The notes under the pieces were generated by a model. The model saw only the letters and a program-made list of their open reading frames with translations. It was not told the origin of the DNA and searched no databases. DNA of 64,000 bases, from NCBI RefSeq assembly GCF_902713615.1, contig NC_052156.1, forward strand, positions 126,604,407 through 126,668,406. Reading direction: 5' to 3'. Every line of letters begins with the position of its first letter. Position 1 is the first letter of the stretch. A program made the translations under genes and the position numbers. Positions 1-13,030 of this stretch are shown piece by piece. The stretch is from Scyliorhinus canicula (taxonomy: Eukaryota).

Positions 1-3000
1 TCTTCAATTGCCGAACACAGTGTATGCAGACCTCCTATCATGAGATGTGGCAAATGTACAAAATATTTTCAGTGTAACTAGGCAACTAGACTAAATTATG
101 GATAGAATGGTCATCACCAAAATAATTACCATCTCCCAGACAAGATGTAGAATTGTGTTGTAAAGATATAACCTGTGAAAAGAAGGTGAGCCACACTTGG
201 CCACAATATTTAATTAGCTTAAAAAGAGCTTTAATTTCCAAAGGAAGACAATCAAATTTTAGCTATGGATTTTTGTTTTAATACTTTGCCGTCGATGCAG
301 CTGATATTTTCTTTCCAGATTAGGTCAATTGTACCCCAAATGTATTTGTATCTTTGAAAGCATTTTCAGTTATCAAACCAAATATTTATTGAACTTGGAG
401 AGAGAAAACACACCCCTTTGCACAAAGAATTGGACAAGTCCATTATGGCTAGCAAATCAAAACAAATGCATACACTGCAATTCTCTGCAGTAAAGAGAAG
501 CAATGAGTCAAGCTGTCATTCAATGAATGCCGCCCACAATTACTTCATGCTGCCTTACCACTCCAAATGGGCTAAATCTGAATGTGATCTCCAGAGACAG
601 AAGGCTGCAGCATGCTACTTTCGCTAGACATTTTCAGAAGCTTATTGATTTTTTTAGTTTAGAGAAGCAACAGCAATGTACTGTTGTAGGTTCACAAGCT
701 CATCAATATTATATGCTAAAATAATGGCAGCAAAAGCAGGTTTTGTTTAAAGGATCAGCTTCAGAAATAATTCTTATGATACTCTTCATACTGTACTCTG
801 CTATCAAAAGGATTGTGCATACAGAATGTTTTTGGTCTTCGGCTAAGGTAAGGTTCCTTTAATTTGCTGTGGTATCTAGTAGCTAAGGATGCACAATATT
901 CGGATACTAATATTTGAACTGGTTTGTAATAAATGTTAATGTTTCTGACAAAATTTCAATAATGCAATATCAAATATATTTTCTGATAATTTTACTCTTC
1001 ATTATATAACTAAGCTCCAAGTCGTAAATTCGAAAGGGTACTGATACTTTTATCCATGTCAATAAAATGAATGCTCACAAGTGCAAGTGTAATTGAATGT
1101 TGTTTTCTAATAATGAATCATTACACCTGCAATGAGCTTTGGTAACTACTCTTTAAATGGATAGACATCAATGCAATGGTTTTTTTCCAAAAACACATTT
1201 TAATTATCGCCTGGAAGGTTCCCTTACAAGAACATTTCAATTTCCTCTTTACTTGGATTTAAATGAGGAGAGTTCAGGATTAACTACAAGTTTACCCTCA
1301 CTAGATCTGCCACAATGATTGTGTCCATTATACAAGGGAAATGAGCAATTCTGGTCCAAGCTGTTCAATGTTACATTTTATCATCTGACATTACAATAAG
1401 TTTCCATTTCATTTTATTCTTCATATCCTTGCAACATTAAGTTTTCGGAATTATCTTTGACAATTAGTTTGCAAAAAATATTTAACATCAAAAATAATTT
1501 TTAAACTCGTCTTATTTGCATTAAATCATTCACATTGACAAAATTACTTCTATTCACAAGTTTGTTAGTATCCATACAACACAATTTTACTGTTTTATAC
1601 TTGGCATATCATGGCTTCCCTAAGATTTTAATTTATTACCCTTCTCTTCGAATTGTACATGATTCATTGATAGAATTTACCACTTTATTCTTGCATTGCC
1701 TCCTTCCTTACTTACCCTGTTATATTCAAAGTACTTTCCTTAGTTAGGAGGCTAGTCGTCTAATAATGTTTGGATCTTGCAACCTTGCAATGTATTCATG
1801 TCTCTCCTCAAATAACATGTTTGTAGGCACAAGGGTGATGAGAAGGCTTCCCCTACAGTTTGCTTTCCTTTCCTAGGACTCTTAGCCCGGTAAATCAGTT
1901 TCTTGAATAATGCCAAGTATGAAGTTCAATGAAAATCAGAATTCAAATTCTTTGAACCACTGTGTACTAGTTTGGTTTCCAGCCTTTTCCACCAGCAGGA
2001 TCATCCGGTCCTTCCAAGTCCGGATCCCCCCCTCCAGCCCCACTGGCCAATGGTTCATCACTTTAGCCATGGAGAAACCCGCCACTGGGGAGGGGGTTGG
2101 GGGAGGGCAACAAATCCTGGCCAAAGTGTCTAATATACTGGTGTTACAGCTATCTAGTCACAAGATAACATACAAGTTCAACACAATCAGACTGAATGGA
2201 AATCAAGTAAACAGTTTTTCGTATAAAACCCAGCAACCTTTTTAAAATGTCTGCTGTTTTCAAAATAAGATAGTGAACATGCAAGTGCGTAATCTAGGAA
2301 TGGGCATTTATTTAAGTGTGGGTTTAATAATCTCTAGCCTGAAAATGCCACACAAGAATCTTTAACAAGCAACCTTGGCTGGCCGTATTAGTTATACAGA
2401 ACATTATTTGACCAAATGTGTTCTTTTTCATTTTTGTAGGAAATTTGAAAATTAAACTACGCAGAAGGACACAATAGTTATGAATATATCTATAGACTGC
2501 AGAGAAATTCAAAAGCCCCATCACTGATGTCATGCATGTGCCACCAGCTGAAGAGGGTCGCATAAATGGTCCAGATTTTTATGAAATTATATGGAACATT
2601 CTGGTATTATGAAGAAACCTATTACAATTTGAAAGCATCCATCACCTATTTTGACCTTGAAACGGCATTAAGAATATCAGATACTTTCATGCTCCTCGTT
2701 GACATTTTATTGAAATGCTGTGGGAAGCCCCTTGAGACATTAAAAAAAAACTGGAACCATAAGAGAAACAAGGACAGAATCTGGAAACAGCCACTCAAAC
2801 AGCTAATTTAGTTTCCTGTAAACCAGTCCAGGTTTTTTACTACATAAAACTAATTTTTGCATCCTAATTATGCAAACTACTTTCAAATCTCATTAGAGAG
2901 AAAAAAACATTCATATTCACCAACTGAAGAATCTCAAAGGAGTGTATAGATGCTATCATATGATTAGTATTTAACACATAGCATTGTTTGGAACTTGAAA

Positions 3001-3290
3001 AGAATTTCAAAAGGATGTTGAAATCGGATAGAATTCGAACACAGAATCTGTGGTGAAAACCCAGTTTATATTTCTTGAGTGGCTGAAGCACCAATACGTT
3101 GACATTTATACTATTAATTGAAAAACTGACCAGAACAGCTTTTCAGAACATAAATTAAGATTCTCATAGTTAAATGGATACAATGAATGGGATACAAATA
3201 GTTGAGCTTTAGGGTCTAAAGTCAGATACCATATTACAAGAATGATGCCAAATCAAGTATGTTACTTTAATTTTATGACATTGCTTATCA

Positions 3291-3354
3291 GATTCATCAA
3301 ATCAACTTGAATATGGTAGGTGCCTTAGAAGCTACAGAAAATTCTCAGGAAAAG
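3291..3354 (+). other. Candidate GPR22 5'-UTR exon
   Basis: Acceptor ttatcag at 3290 and consensus donor AAG|GTAAGT at 3354/3355, in TE-free DNA upstream of the GPR22 coding-exon acceptor. Splice signals are the only support. Confidence 0.4.
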
Positions 3355-4799
3355 GTAAGTCACAAAATAAACTACCTGCTGTTAAAAATATACTGCAAGG
3401 ACAAGTCATTTTGAAATATATTTCTCGATTAGTTAACTTCTGTACATTTTCTCAGGGTCTGTGCCCAAATAATCCTGAAAATTTAAAAATATTTTAACTC
3501 TTTCTGGAATAGCCATCGTCTAAATCTAGCCTGGAACATTTTTCTCTTCGTACTGTTGTTAAAGTGTAAATTGCTCCGCCTGACATAATTTAGGACATGG
3601 TTAACCTTCATCTGTTCTAAAGTAATTCCCTGTCAAATTATGGTGCAGTTATGAAACAACTCAGGAGTTACATGCAGGAAATTAATTTCATACAATGTTA
3701 TTTCAAGATCATTCATTCACATCAAATATAAATTGTTCCATGGTTTACAAGAATTCAGTAGATTTTCAGATATCTGTTGGGAATACTAATTCCAACAAGA
3801 TTAATTAGTTCAGCTGCATATTAGAAGGTGATTTTCATGGATTGTTCCAAAATTTAATGTCAGCTGCAGGTAATTTTTCCCTCTTGACATTACGCAGAAG
3901 GAACTTCAGTGGCCTGGAAAACTAATTCCGTATGTGTGTAATGTCAATTTTTTCCACTATGATAAGAATTCCATTAATTCAATACAATAAACTTCAAAAC
4001 AAGAAGCAGCTTCTGATGTGTACTTTACTCTCTAAGACTTCTACAAAGTGATGCATGATCAATGCATTTTACATCCTGCTTTTCTCAAACCCCAGTTGTA
4101 GATTCCCAATGTAACACAAATTCTCCCTCCAGCGTAACAATACATCTCAATAATACTGCTGCTGGAAGGGATGCTTATTCCAACCTCCCTTTCATTCTGA
4201 AAGTAATCCAACACCTAAAAGTGATAATAGGTGGCAACTTCCAAACAACAACCACAACCATTAATAATTATATATAGCCTTTTTAACAAAGTAAAACCTA
4301 CCAAGGCACTTTACTTGAGCATTATCAAACAAAATGTGCCACCGAACAATTAAAGGAGATATTAAGGCCAGGTGACCAGAAGCTTGGCCAAAAAAGGTAA
4401 AGCAGGAAAGAGGTTTAGAGAGGGAATTCCAGAAGTTAGGATCTTGGTAGTTGAAAGCACAGCCACCAATGGTGAAGCAATTAAAATGCTAGAAGCCAGG
4501 CTTGGAGGAGCGCAGGTACATTGGAAGCGTTGTGGAGCTGGAGAAAGAAGATCAGAGATATGAAGGGACAAGGCCGTGGAGAGATATAAAAACAAAGTGA
4601 ACACTGAAAAAGGTTGAGCTAACTCACCACCCAGAAACGCTGCACATTTTTCTTGCGGAAGTGAGGCTGGAAATGAAAAGCACACAGAGAGGAGCAAACT
4701 TACATGATCCAGAAATCGGAGGAAAATGGATACAAAAAGGAATGTGGGTTAATCACAAATATGAGTGAGGGAGAATTCTAGGTCAGATATATTAAGGAG

Positions 4800-5460
4800 A
4801 AGGCAAAGAGATTTTGCTGTTATGCTGAGAGCAAATTGTTATTGTTTGCCATCATTCCAGCCATTAAAGTGACACCAACTTTTGCCATCCACACATGTGC
4901 AATTAAATGCAAAATTCCTAATGCTCGATGGTCCTCCAAAGAGTCTGCTGACCCCCCCCCCCTAAAAAATAAGGGGATGTCTTGTTAACAAGGTGTAACT
5001 GGGTTTTCAATAGTGTACAAAATCTGAAGTATTTGAGAAACCTGCTGGTCTGACAAACTGGATTTCATATCTGTGTAATGTAATTTTCTTTCTATGATGA
5101 TAAAAATTCCATAATATCAATCTAATAAACTTTAAAACATGGTTATTTTTAATATTTCAGCTTCTAATGTGTATGTCCAAATCTTTATTTCACTCTCTAA
5201 GATTTCTAAAAAGTGATGGATGATCAATACATTTTACTTCCTGGTTTGCTGTTTATGAGAATTCTTCGATGTGATTGGCAGCCTATCTTGCTTGATGAAA
5301 TCATTTAGCTGGATGCCTGGAGACGCCATGACTTGGTGCCAGATTTAAATTAATATTAGAAAAATGGAAATCCATGGCACAGAGATCGCAATATCTTTGT
5401 GGGCATCATTCTTCAAGGTCAGTGGCAAGCACACTTTGCTGTTTGCAAAATCTAGGCCAT
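4800..5460. mobile_element. MITE-like non-autonomous element; an internal segment recurs at ~3910-4083
   Basis: Degenerate inverted ends (agattttgc..gcaaaatct). 5070-5247 aligns with 3935-4083. Confidence 0.45.
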
Positions 5461-6944
5461 TGAGCAAATATATTGTGTTTGGTTTTTCTGAAGCCATCAA
5501 CTCCAAATCCTCCCGCTTCTACTATATTAACTTGTGAATACATACATTATGATTACTAAAAAGAGCAACAGGACTAGATTAGATTAGAGCCCTATATTTT
5601 AATTGAAAAAAATTAAAAATAGATGGTGTACACTATTTATGCAAATATTTATGGTGCAAAAAATAATATGTTCAAACAACCAAATCAGTGTTGATTTATT
5701 TTTGCAATTCTTCCATCATTGCAGACTTCTTTATATCCATGATTAACGTACATCTCCCAACTTGTGTTGATATCTAATTATGGCCAGAAGAGGGCAGCAA
5801 CATAACACCTTTAAAAATTCCCACTTTTTTAAAATATTGTACTTTTTTTTTCAAAACAGTTGTTTATTTATACACATTTAGTTCATGAAGGTGCACCTGG
5901 GTAGCAATAAAGAACAGTACCCCTCACCAATTGTTTCTCTTCCTACCTCAGTGACACAGGTGGTCACCACTGCTGAGATTAGCTAACCTAAGAACCAGCA
6001 GATTTCCATGGATCAGACAATCTAATGTGGTGCATTTGACCACTCTGGTATCAAAATAATTGCTGAGAGAATTTTTTTAATGAGAACATCGAAACAAGTT
6101 AAGGTATGTATTTTAACAAGGAGCAGGAGAAGGCCAACTATACCATAGTTGATTTTATTGTGGTCTTGACTCTACCATCTGCCCCCCCCATAACTGTCAA
6201 CTCCCCAGTCTATCAAAAATCTATCCAACTCAGCCTTTACTAGATTCAGTGCCATCAAGCCAAAAATACGTTCTGCCTACCACACAAATGAGTAATATGG
6301 TAAATGAATTTCAGTGCCAGCGTGATACTAGATATTTATCAATATCTTATATGGCATTTTAATATATATATGCCATATGTTCTAACCATTTGTGGATCAT
6401 AACAAATAGAATGTCCCTTTGGCTATTTGCAAAAGGCAAAGTACTGACTGTACTCAACTAGCACCCCATGCATGCAAAACTCAGAACTTAAGTGTCCAAC
6501 ATTGGATGTGATTCTGCGATTGGACACTTGCTAAACAATCCTGACTGCTAAGAATTACACTGCCAACCAATTTAAGATGATCAGTCAGGTTCAGAGTATG
6601 GTTCACTTACATGTGCCAGAAGTTACATATATTGACACACAGGGCCCTGTACTTTGTGAACAAAAAGAACGTTGCCTCACATTGTACCTTTTGCAACTGA
6701 ACAAAAGTTTTTTTGGGAGGGAAATCAACCATTCCCTGGATCATTCCTCAAGGCAATGCATTAACCAAACATAGTCGACCTGCCTGACTTGACAGTTAAC
6801 TTTTCCCTGTTGCATTCTCCACAGCAATGCCTCTACCAATAGAGTCTACTTTTCAACCAATCAGCACCCTCTTTTATGCAATATGAAGTGTTGTTCCCTC
6901 GGATAGTTAATATTCTTGCGAATTGGTCCTGATTAGCGCAAGAA

Positions 6945-7283
6945 GTGGCACAGTGGTTAGCACAATTGCCTCACAGCACCAGGGATCCGGGTTCAGTTCT
7001 GGCCTTGGGTTACTGGTCTGTGTGGAGTTTACACATTTTTCCCATGTCTGCTTGTGTTAACTCCAGGTGCTCCAGTTTCCTCCCACAGTCCAAAGATGTG
7101 CAGGTTAGGTAGATTGGCCACGCTGAATTGCTCCTTAGTGTCCAAACATTAGGTGGGGTTACTGGGTTCAAGGGATAGGGTGGGGGAATGCGCTTAGGTA
7201 AGGTGTACCTTTAAAGGGTTGGTGAAGACTCGATGGGCCAAAAGGCCTCCTTCTGCCCTTTAAGGATTCTTAGATTTTATGAT
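6945..7283 (+). mobile_element. V-SINE (HE1-like): tRNA head, V-domain, CR1-like tail
   Basis: A/B boxes, tttcctcccacagtccaaagatgtgcaggttagg core, gactcgatgggcc tail. Confidence 0.85.
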
Positions 7284-7385
7284 ACGTTTCGACAGCATGG
7301 CTAAATTTTATACAAGTAAAACAGTAGAACTTAAATACTCTTTGTTTACATTTTCAGGATTGATCAAAATCATCACCTACAAAGA

Positions 7386-8627
7386 ATGTGTCTTCATCTT
7401 ATTTTACAAGTCGCCATGCAGTCAGAAATAAATTTGACAGTTCAAGATGAGATTTATAATATCAACGGCAATGCGTATTGGACTCTTCCTTATCCAGCAA
7501 GTTTTCAGGCATCCCTCACTGGATTTTTCTTACTAGAAATTGTGTTAGGACTAAGCAGCAACTTGACAGTATTGGCACTTTACTGTATGAAGTCAAACCT
7601 GATTAATTCAGTCAGTAATATCATCACTATGAATTTGCACATACTGGATGTTGTTATATGTATTGGATGCATTCCCCTTACAATAATTGTTACGCTTATT
7701 TCACTAGAAAGCAAAACAGCTTTGATTTGCAATTTCCATGAAGCTTGTATTTCTTTTGCTAGTGTAGCAACGGCAGTAAATGTTCTTGCAATCACTCTTG
7801 ATCGTTATGACATTTCAGTTAAGCCAGCCACTCGGATTTTGACCATGAGAAGAGCAATAACGTTACTAACATCCGTGTGGATTGTATCCCTTTCCGCATT
7901 TACAATTCCTTTTATTGAAGTCAGTTTTTTCAATCTACAAAGCAATGAAAACACCTGGCAAAATAATACACTCTTGTGCATTGGTGTAAATGAATACCAC
8001 AAGGAATTGGGAATATATTACCACCTTCTAATGCAGATTCCCATCTTTATTTTCACTGTTATCGTAATGTTGATAACCTACAGAAAAATACTTCAAGCGC
8101 TGAACATTAGAATAGGCTCACGGTTTTCAACTAGGCAGAAAAAAACAAAGGGAAAAAAGACTGTGCCATTAACCATACAACACGAGAATACTAATCAATC
8201 AGAAAGTAACAGAAGACACAATGCAATATTAGGAGTAAGAACTTCAGTCTCAGTAATAATTGCCCTAAGAAGAGCTGTTAAGCGCCATCGTGAAAGGCGG
8301 GAACGACAAAAAAGGGTTTTCAGAATGTCACTTTTAATTATTTCATCATTTCTTATTTGTTGGACACCCATATCAGTTTTAAATACTGTTATATTGTATA
8401 AAGGTCTAGATGATGTAATGGTAAAATTAAGATTGTGCTTTCTAATCATGGCTTATGGAACAACTATATTCCATCCTCTACTATACGCATTTGCACGACA
8501 AAAATTCCAAAAGGTCCTCAAAAATAAAATGAAAAAGAAAGTGGTCTCTATTATTGAGGCTGATCCCAACCCAAACAATCCAGTAATCCACAATTCCTGG
8601 CTATACCTCAAAAGAAACAAAAGATAA
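7386..8627 (+). CDS. GPR22: G protein-coupled receptor 22 (class A orphan GPCR), single coding exon, nested antisense in COG5 intron 6
   Basis: 413-aa ORF with 7 hydrophobic segments and a DRY motif (TLDRYDISVKP). GPR22 signatures YCMKSNLINSVSNIITMNLH and RRAVKRHRERRERQKRVFRMS, plus CWTP and HPLLY. Upstream acceptor ttttcag|G at 7357/7358. Position matches the known GPR22-in-COG5 arrangement. Confidence 0.97.
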   Translation: MCLHLILQVAMQSEINLTVQDEIYNINGNAYWTLPYPASFQASLTGFFLLEIVLGLSSNLTVLALYCMKSNLINSVSNIITMNLHILDVVICIGCIPLTIIVTLISLESKTALICNFHEACISFASVATAVNVLAITLDRYDISVKPATRILTMRRAITLLTSVWIVSLSAFTIPFIEVSFFNLQSNENTWQNNTLLCIGVNEYHKELGIYYHLLMQIPIFIFTVIVMLITYRKILQALNIRIGSRFSTRQKKTKGKKTVPLTIQHENTNQSESNRRHNAILGVRTSVSVIIALRRAVKRHRERRERQKRVFRMSLLIISSFLICWTPISVLNTVILYKGLDDVMVKLRLCFLIMAYGTTIFHPLLYAFARQKFQKVLKNKMKKKVVSIIEADPNPNNPVIHNSWLYLKRNKR

Positions 8628-9119
8628 TTTTTAATAAAAATAAATTGAGACAAAAAGTTCTGTTTCAGAGACTAAAAGCAGCTAATATGGATCAACTGGT
8701 CGGTCTTCATCAGATGCTGGGGAGAAAATAAGTTGCACCCCTTGTAAAATGCATAAATGAAAAAGATAATTTGCCATTGATGTGTGGGGACAGACTACAT
8801 TAAAAGTACAAAGTTGATTTGAAAATCAAATAACTAGGTGAAGACGCAAATATGTCACCTAATTATAATAAATGTTACGCCACAACATTATACAGCTTTA
8901 CTCAATTTTCTAGTTCATACAACTGATTTTCCCCACTTATCTAAAATACTCATACCATTGTAATTAAACCATTCAGATTGTACTATTTCATTGGGTAATG
9001 TTTTGAATTTTCCCTTGAACAGTTCACTTATGAATAATGTGGAAGTCATGCAAGCATTGTGGTTCAAGGCAAGTGTAGAACAGAAAGAAAATGGAAAGGA
9101 GCAACTTAGAAAATAATGC

Positions 9120-9800
9120 CTTACTCAGGCCATCATCCACCTCCACATCCAACTGATCACCCTCCACCACCTCCATGACACACCTGGTCCATTCCTCAGA
9201 CATCCCAATACCCCTTTCCTAGAGCATTTTTCCATGCAAGCACAGGAAATGCAATATTGTTTTACCTACTCCATTCTCACCATCCAAATACTCCTTTCAA
9301 GTAAAACAACAATTTGATTGTACTTATTTCAATTTAATATACTATATTTGCTGATCAACTCTGGAGAGACAAATCCAATCTGAGTTACATTGCTATCACC
9401 TCCATTCAGTCCACAAACTTCACCCCCCTTCGATCCCAATTGCCTTTCATTTTAACTTGCTCCCACTCCGAGCTTTCTGTCCTAGTCTGTCTCAAAGTTC
9501 CAATGAAGCTCAAAACAAGCTAGAGGAAGAGCACTTCCATCTTTCGTCCGAACGCTTTACATCCCTGTGGATTCAACAGAGTTCAACAACTTTAGATCCA
9601 AACCTCTGCCCCATTTTGATTCCATGCTTTCGCTGGTTTGGTCTTTTTTTCATCAACTATCCTGCTGTTCAAAGTTCTTTTAGATACATATTTTGTTTCT
9701 TTACTGTCTCATTACTACTCTTTTTGATCTTGCCCCAAAATTACCGGTCATTTAATCTCTCCTGCTTTCCATTCACAGGCTTTCCCTTTTGTCCTTTTTC
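9120..9800 (+). mobile_element. Degraded Penelope (GIY-YIG region) remnant
   Basis: tgtacttatttcaatttaatatactatatttgctg..ggagagac..gaagctcaaaacaagctagaggaa; homologous to 34580-35210. Confidence 0.55.
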
Positions 9801-9908
9801 CCCACACTGCATACCTAAAAGCTTCAAAGTCACATCCACATTGGTTACAGATAAAGCTTCAGTACGACATATAACACCATAAAATACCAGTCTTGAATCA
9901 CAAAGGCT

Positions 9909-10113
9909 GGGGCTGGTTTAGCTAGGGGCTGGTTTAGCTCACTGGGCTAAATCGCTGGCTTTTAAAGCAGACCAAGCAGGCCAGCAGCATGGTTCGATTC
10001 CCATACCAGCCTCCCCGGACAGGCGCCGGAATGTGGCTACTAGGGGCTTTTCACAGTAACTTCATTGAAGCCTACTTGTGACAATAAACGATTTTCATTT
10101 TCATTTCATTTTC
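9909..10113 (+). mobile_element. ~190-bp tRNA-derived SINE with (TTTCA)n tail and duplicated 5' end
   Basis: Near-identical copies at 18438-18625 (-) and 53893-54075 (-). Head ggggctggtttagct occurs twice. Confidence 0.85.
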
Positions 10114-10179
10114 AAAGGAGAGAAGTATTGCTTTAATCTCAAGAGTCTTCCAATGAAATAGAAAAAACCTCTTATTCGT

Positions 10180-12280
10180 ATCATGCCTTCCACAACCATG
10201 GCACAATCCAAAGTGGTATAGTGAATGAAATATTTTGAAGTTGCAATGGCAGAAGCATGGCAACCAATTACACACATAATGTTTAAGCTCCCACAACAGC
10301 AATGTGATAATGATAAGATCTTCTGTTTTGTGATGTTGATTGAATAACTATTTGCCAGGACACCAGGGATAATATCCCTCCTCTACTTCAAAAATAGCAC
10401 CAGGAATCTTTTATGTCACCTGAGAAGGCAAGAAAGGCCTTGATAGAACGTCGAGGCAATAGTTCTACCAACAGAGCCATGAATTGGAAACTTAAGCCAC
10501 ATCTGACCCAAGAACTGAATTTAAAAGATCATTCTGTATGGGAACCAAAGCTCAAGGGTAAGCAATCAAGTACCTGCCAACAACAAAGAATTATCAGAAT
10601 TACTGCGGTTACATTATCTGAATTGTAAGAAAGGTCGTAATTTCCATGTTACCTGTACAAGTTCCTGCAACTAGTATTCACAAGTGATTTGTCGGCCATG
10701 TCCAAATTGAAGTCAACTCAATTACTTTTCCACAATTATTAAGAGGGTAAATCTATTCATAATTTGAAATATTACTGCTCAACACCAGAATTGTATCCAA
10801 ATAGTCCATGGTTCAATTATAACCCCCAATTAAGAGGAGTCAGTTGCGTAGTTCTGATGCCAACAGACTAGCAATTCATAGGCCGAGGCAAATGCTCTAG
10901 AGGCGGGAGTTCAAATCTCACCACAGCAGCTAATGGAAATTAAATTAAATTCGTGAAATCTGGAATCTGGAATTGAAAGAAGGAGCGGCAGTGGTGAAAT
11001 TACGAAACAATGAAACTATCATGAAATTATGAAACTATTGAGTCCAAAAAGCCAATCTGGTTCACAGGCATCGTTTAGGGAAGAAAATCTGCGATCCTAC
11101 ATGTAACTCAAGGCCCAAAGCAATGTGGTTAATTCTTAACTGACTGTTGAATTGGCCTATCAAGCCAGTTCAAGGACAATTGGGGATGTTGAACAAATGT
11201 TGGCACAAGGCATGAAAGAATTTTTTAAAACTTCCAAATTCAACATAGTGAAGGTAAAGGGACAACTTTGCATTAATACAGCACCCATTGTGCCTTCAGG
11301 ATGTTCCAAAGTGCTCCACAGCCAATTACTCACTTAGGAACTGTGGCTACTGTTTTATAATAAATGTTGCAACCAATTATTAACATTTAAAAAGTGAGAC
11401 CAGCAGCCAGAGAATGTGTTTTGGTGGTGTCTTTAAGACAAGAATGTAGGCTGGGAGATTGACATAAATCCTTGTTCTTCTTCAAATAATGCTTTGGAAT
11501 CATATACATCCACCAGAACAGGTAGATGAGACCACCTTTAACTTATCCAAAAAAGGACACTTCCAGCAATGTAGCATCTCATCAATATTACAGGAAAGTC
11601 AGTTTAGATTACATATATAAGGCTTAACACAAGCTTCAGAATCAATGGTCAGATTCAGCTTCAACAGAGTCAAATCCAACAGATATGTAAACATATACTC
11701 ATACAACATTTATCCCTGTGAACCCATTTTGAACATCATAAATGAGAAGCCCCACAATCAAACACAACATATAAGAGCCGAAGAAATAGGGATTAATTCT
11801 AGAGTTGTTCCTTTCATAAGCCATATTTGGCAAACAACTGCAGAACCAAATCAAGTCTGAGGAATGTATTAATCTGCTCGGAGCTTGGGTCCTATGCCCC
11901 TGGGTTAGAAGGCTTTAGGTTCAGTTCCAGTACAAGCAGCCAACTTCAAAACCTCGGTTGAAGGAATAGTTCAGCGTTGGAGTGTTCAAATCAGACATTA
12001 AAGCAATATCACATCAAGCAAGGTACTTAAAGGTCCCATGGTTCAAAGAAGAGCTGGTAGTTCTGCGAATGTCTTGCCTGACTTTCCTCCCTCAATCAAT
12101 GCCACTAAAATCAAGACTAGCAGAACATCGGATTTCTGTTGATAGTGTTATCAACGGCGCAGAATGATTGCCACATCTGCCTTCTTAAAAACATTCAATG
12201 CATGATGTTGTGATAAACTTTGAGATATTTGGATAAATACTGTATGTTAAAAGACGCTGTATAAATGCTAGTTCGTTGGA
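10180..12280. mobile_element. Cluster of ancient DeuSINE-like remnants (~10180-10450 -, ~11260-11650 -, ~11900-12280 +) and other old SINE pieces
   Basis: The three segments resemble each other and recalled Deu-domain motifs (ttcttcaaata.tgc..gggatcttt.ac.tccacc). Heavily diverged. Confidence 0.5.
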
Positions 12281-12816
12281 TAAATGTTACTATATTAAAA
12301 CTTCCCACAATGTTATTTTCACTGAAATTCTACCTTAGATTTCACCTCAGATTATGTTGATGGAGGAAGTGCAAATAGAAAAAAAAGTTAGATATTTTGT
12401 AGTTCAACCAGATTTCAGATACGTATCAACTAAATAAATTGGATATTTCAATCTCAAAATAAACAGCAAATATGCTAACGTACCGCTTCCCTGTCTGATC
12501 AGTAGAACTGATCAAATTTTATGAGTCAAAATATGCAATCACATCTATTTACTGGCGCAAAGGGATCAGGAGGCGTCAATACAGTACAGGTAATCAGATT
12601 GGAATGAAAGTAAATAAATGCCAACAATTTGTAGTCAGCAATAAATAGTGATAAAATGTTTCACAGACAAATTTTAGGTATTTTCTTTCCTTTGCCAGTG
12701 ATCAATAAGTTTGGATGTTGATGCATGCATTTTCTTTACTCTTGGGGTGATTGACTCAATTATTATAATTCAGCAGCAAGCTTTTGTAAACAGTAATTAT
12801 AAAACTTTTAATTGAC

Positions 12817-13030
12817 GGGCGGCACGGTGGCGCAACGGTTAGCACTGCTGCCTCACGGCCCCTGATTCAATCCCGGCCCGGGGTCACTGTGTGTGGAGTT
12901 TGCACATTCTCCCAGTGTTTGCATGGGTCTCACTCCCACAACCCAAAGATGTGCAGAGTAGGTGGATTGGCCATGTAAATTGTCCCTTAATTGGAAAAAT
13001 ATAATTGGGCACTTTTAAATTTAAAATTTT
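12817..13030 (+). mobile_element. Short V-SINE variant (no CR1 tail), 11-bp TSD
   Basis: ttttaattgac at 12806-12816 / 13031-13041. Confidence 0.85.

Noticed and set aside
3910-5247. Local duplication as a functional repeated enhancer
   Set aside because: More simply explained as two diverged copies of one non-autonomous element.
9925-10015. Possible tRNA gene
   Set aside because: It is the head of a multi-copy SINE with a shared tail and imperfect arms.
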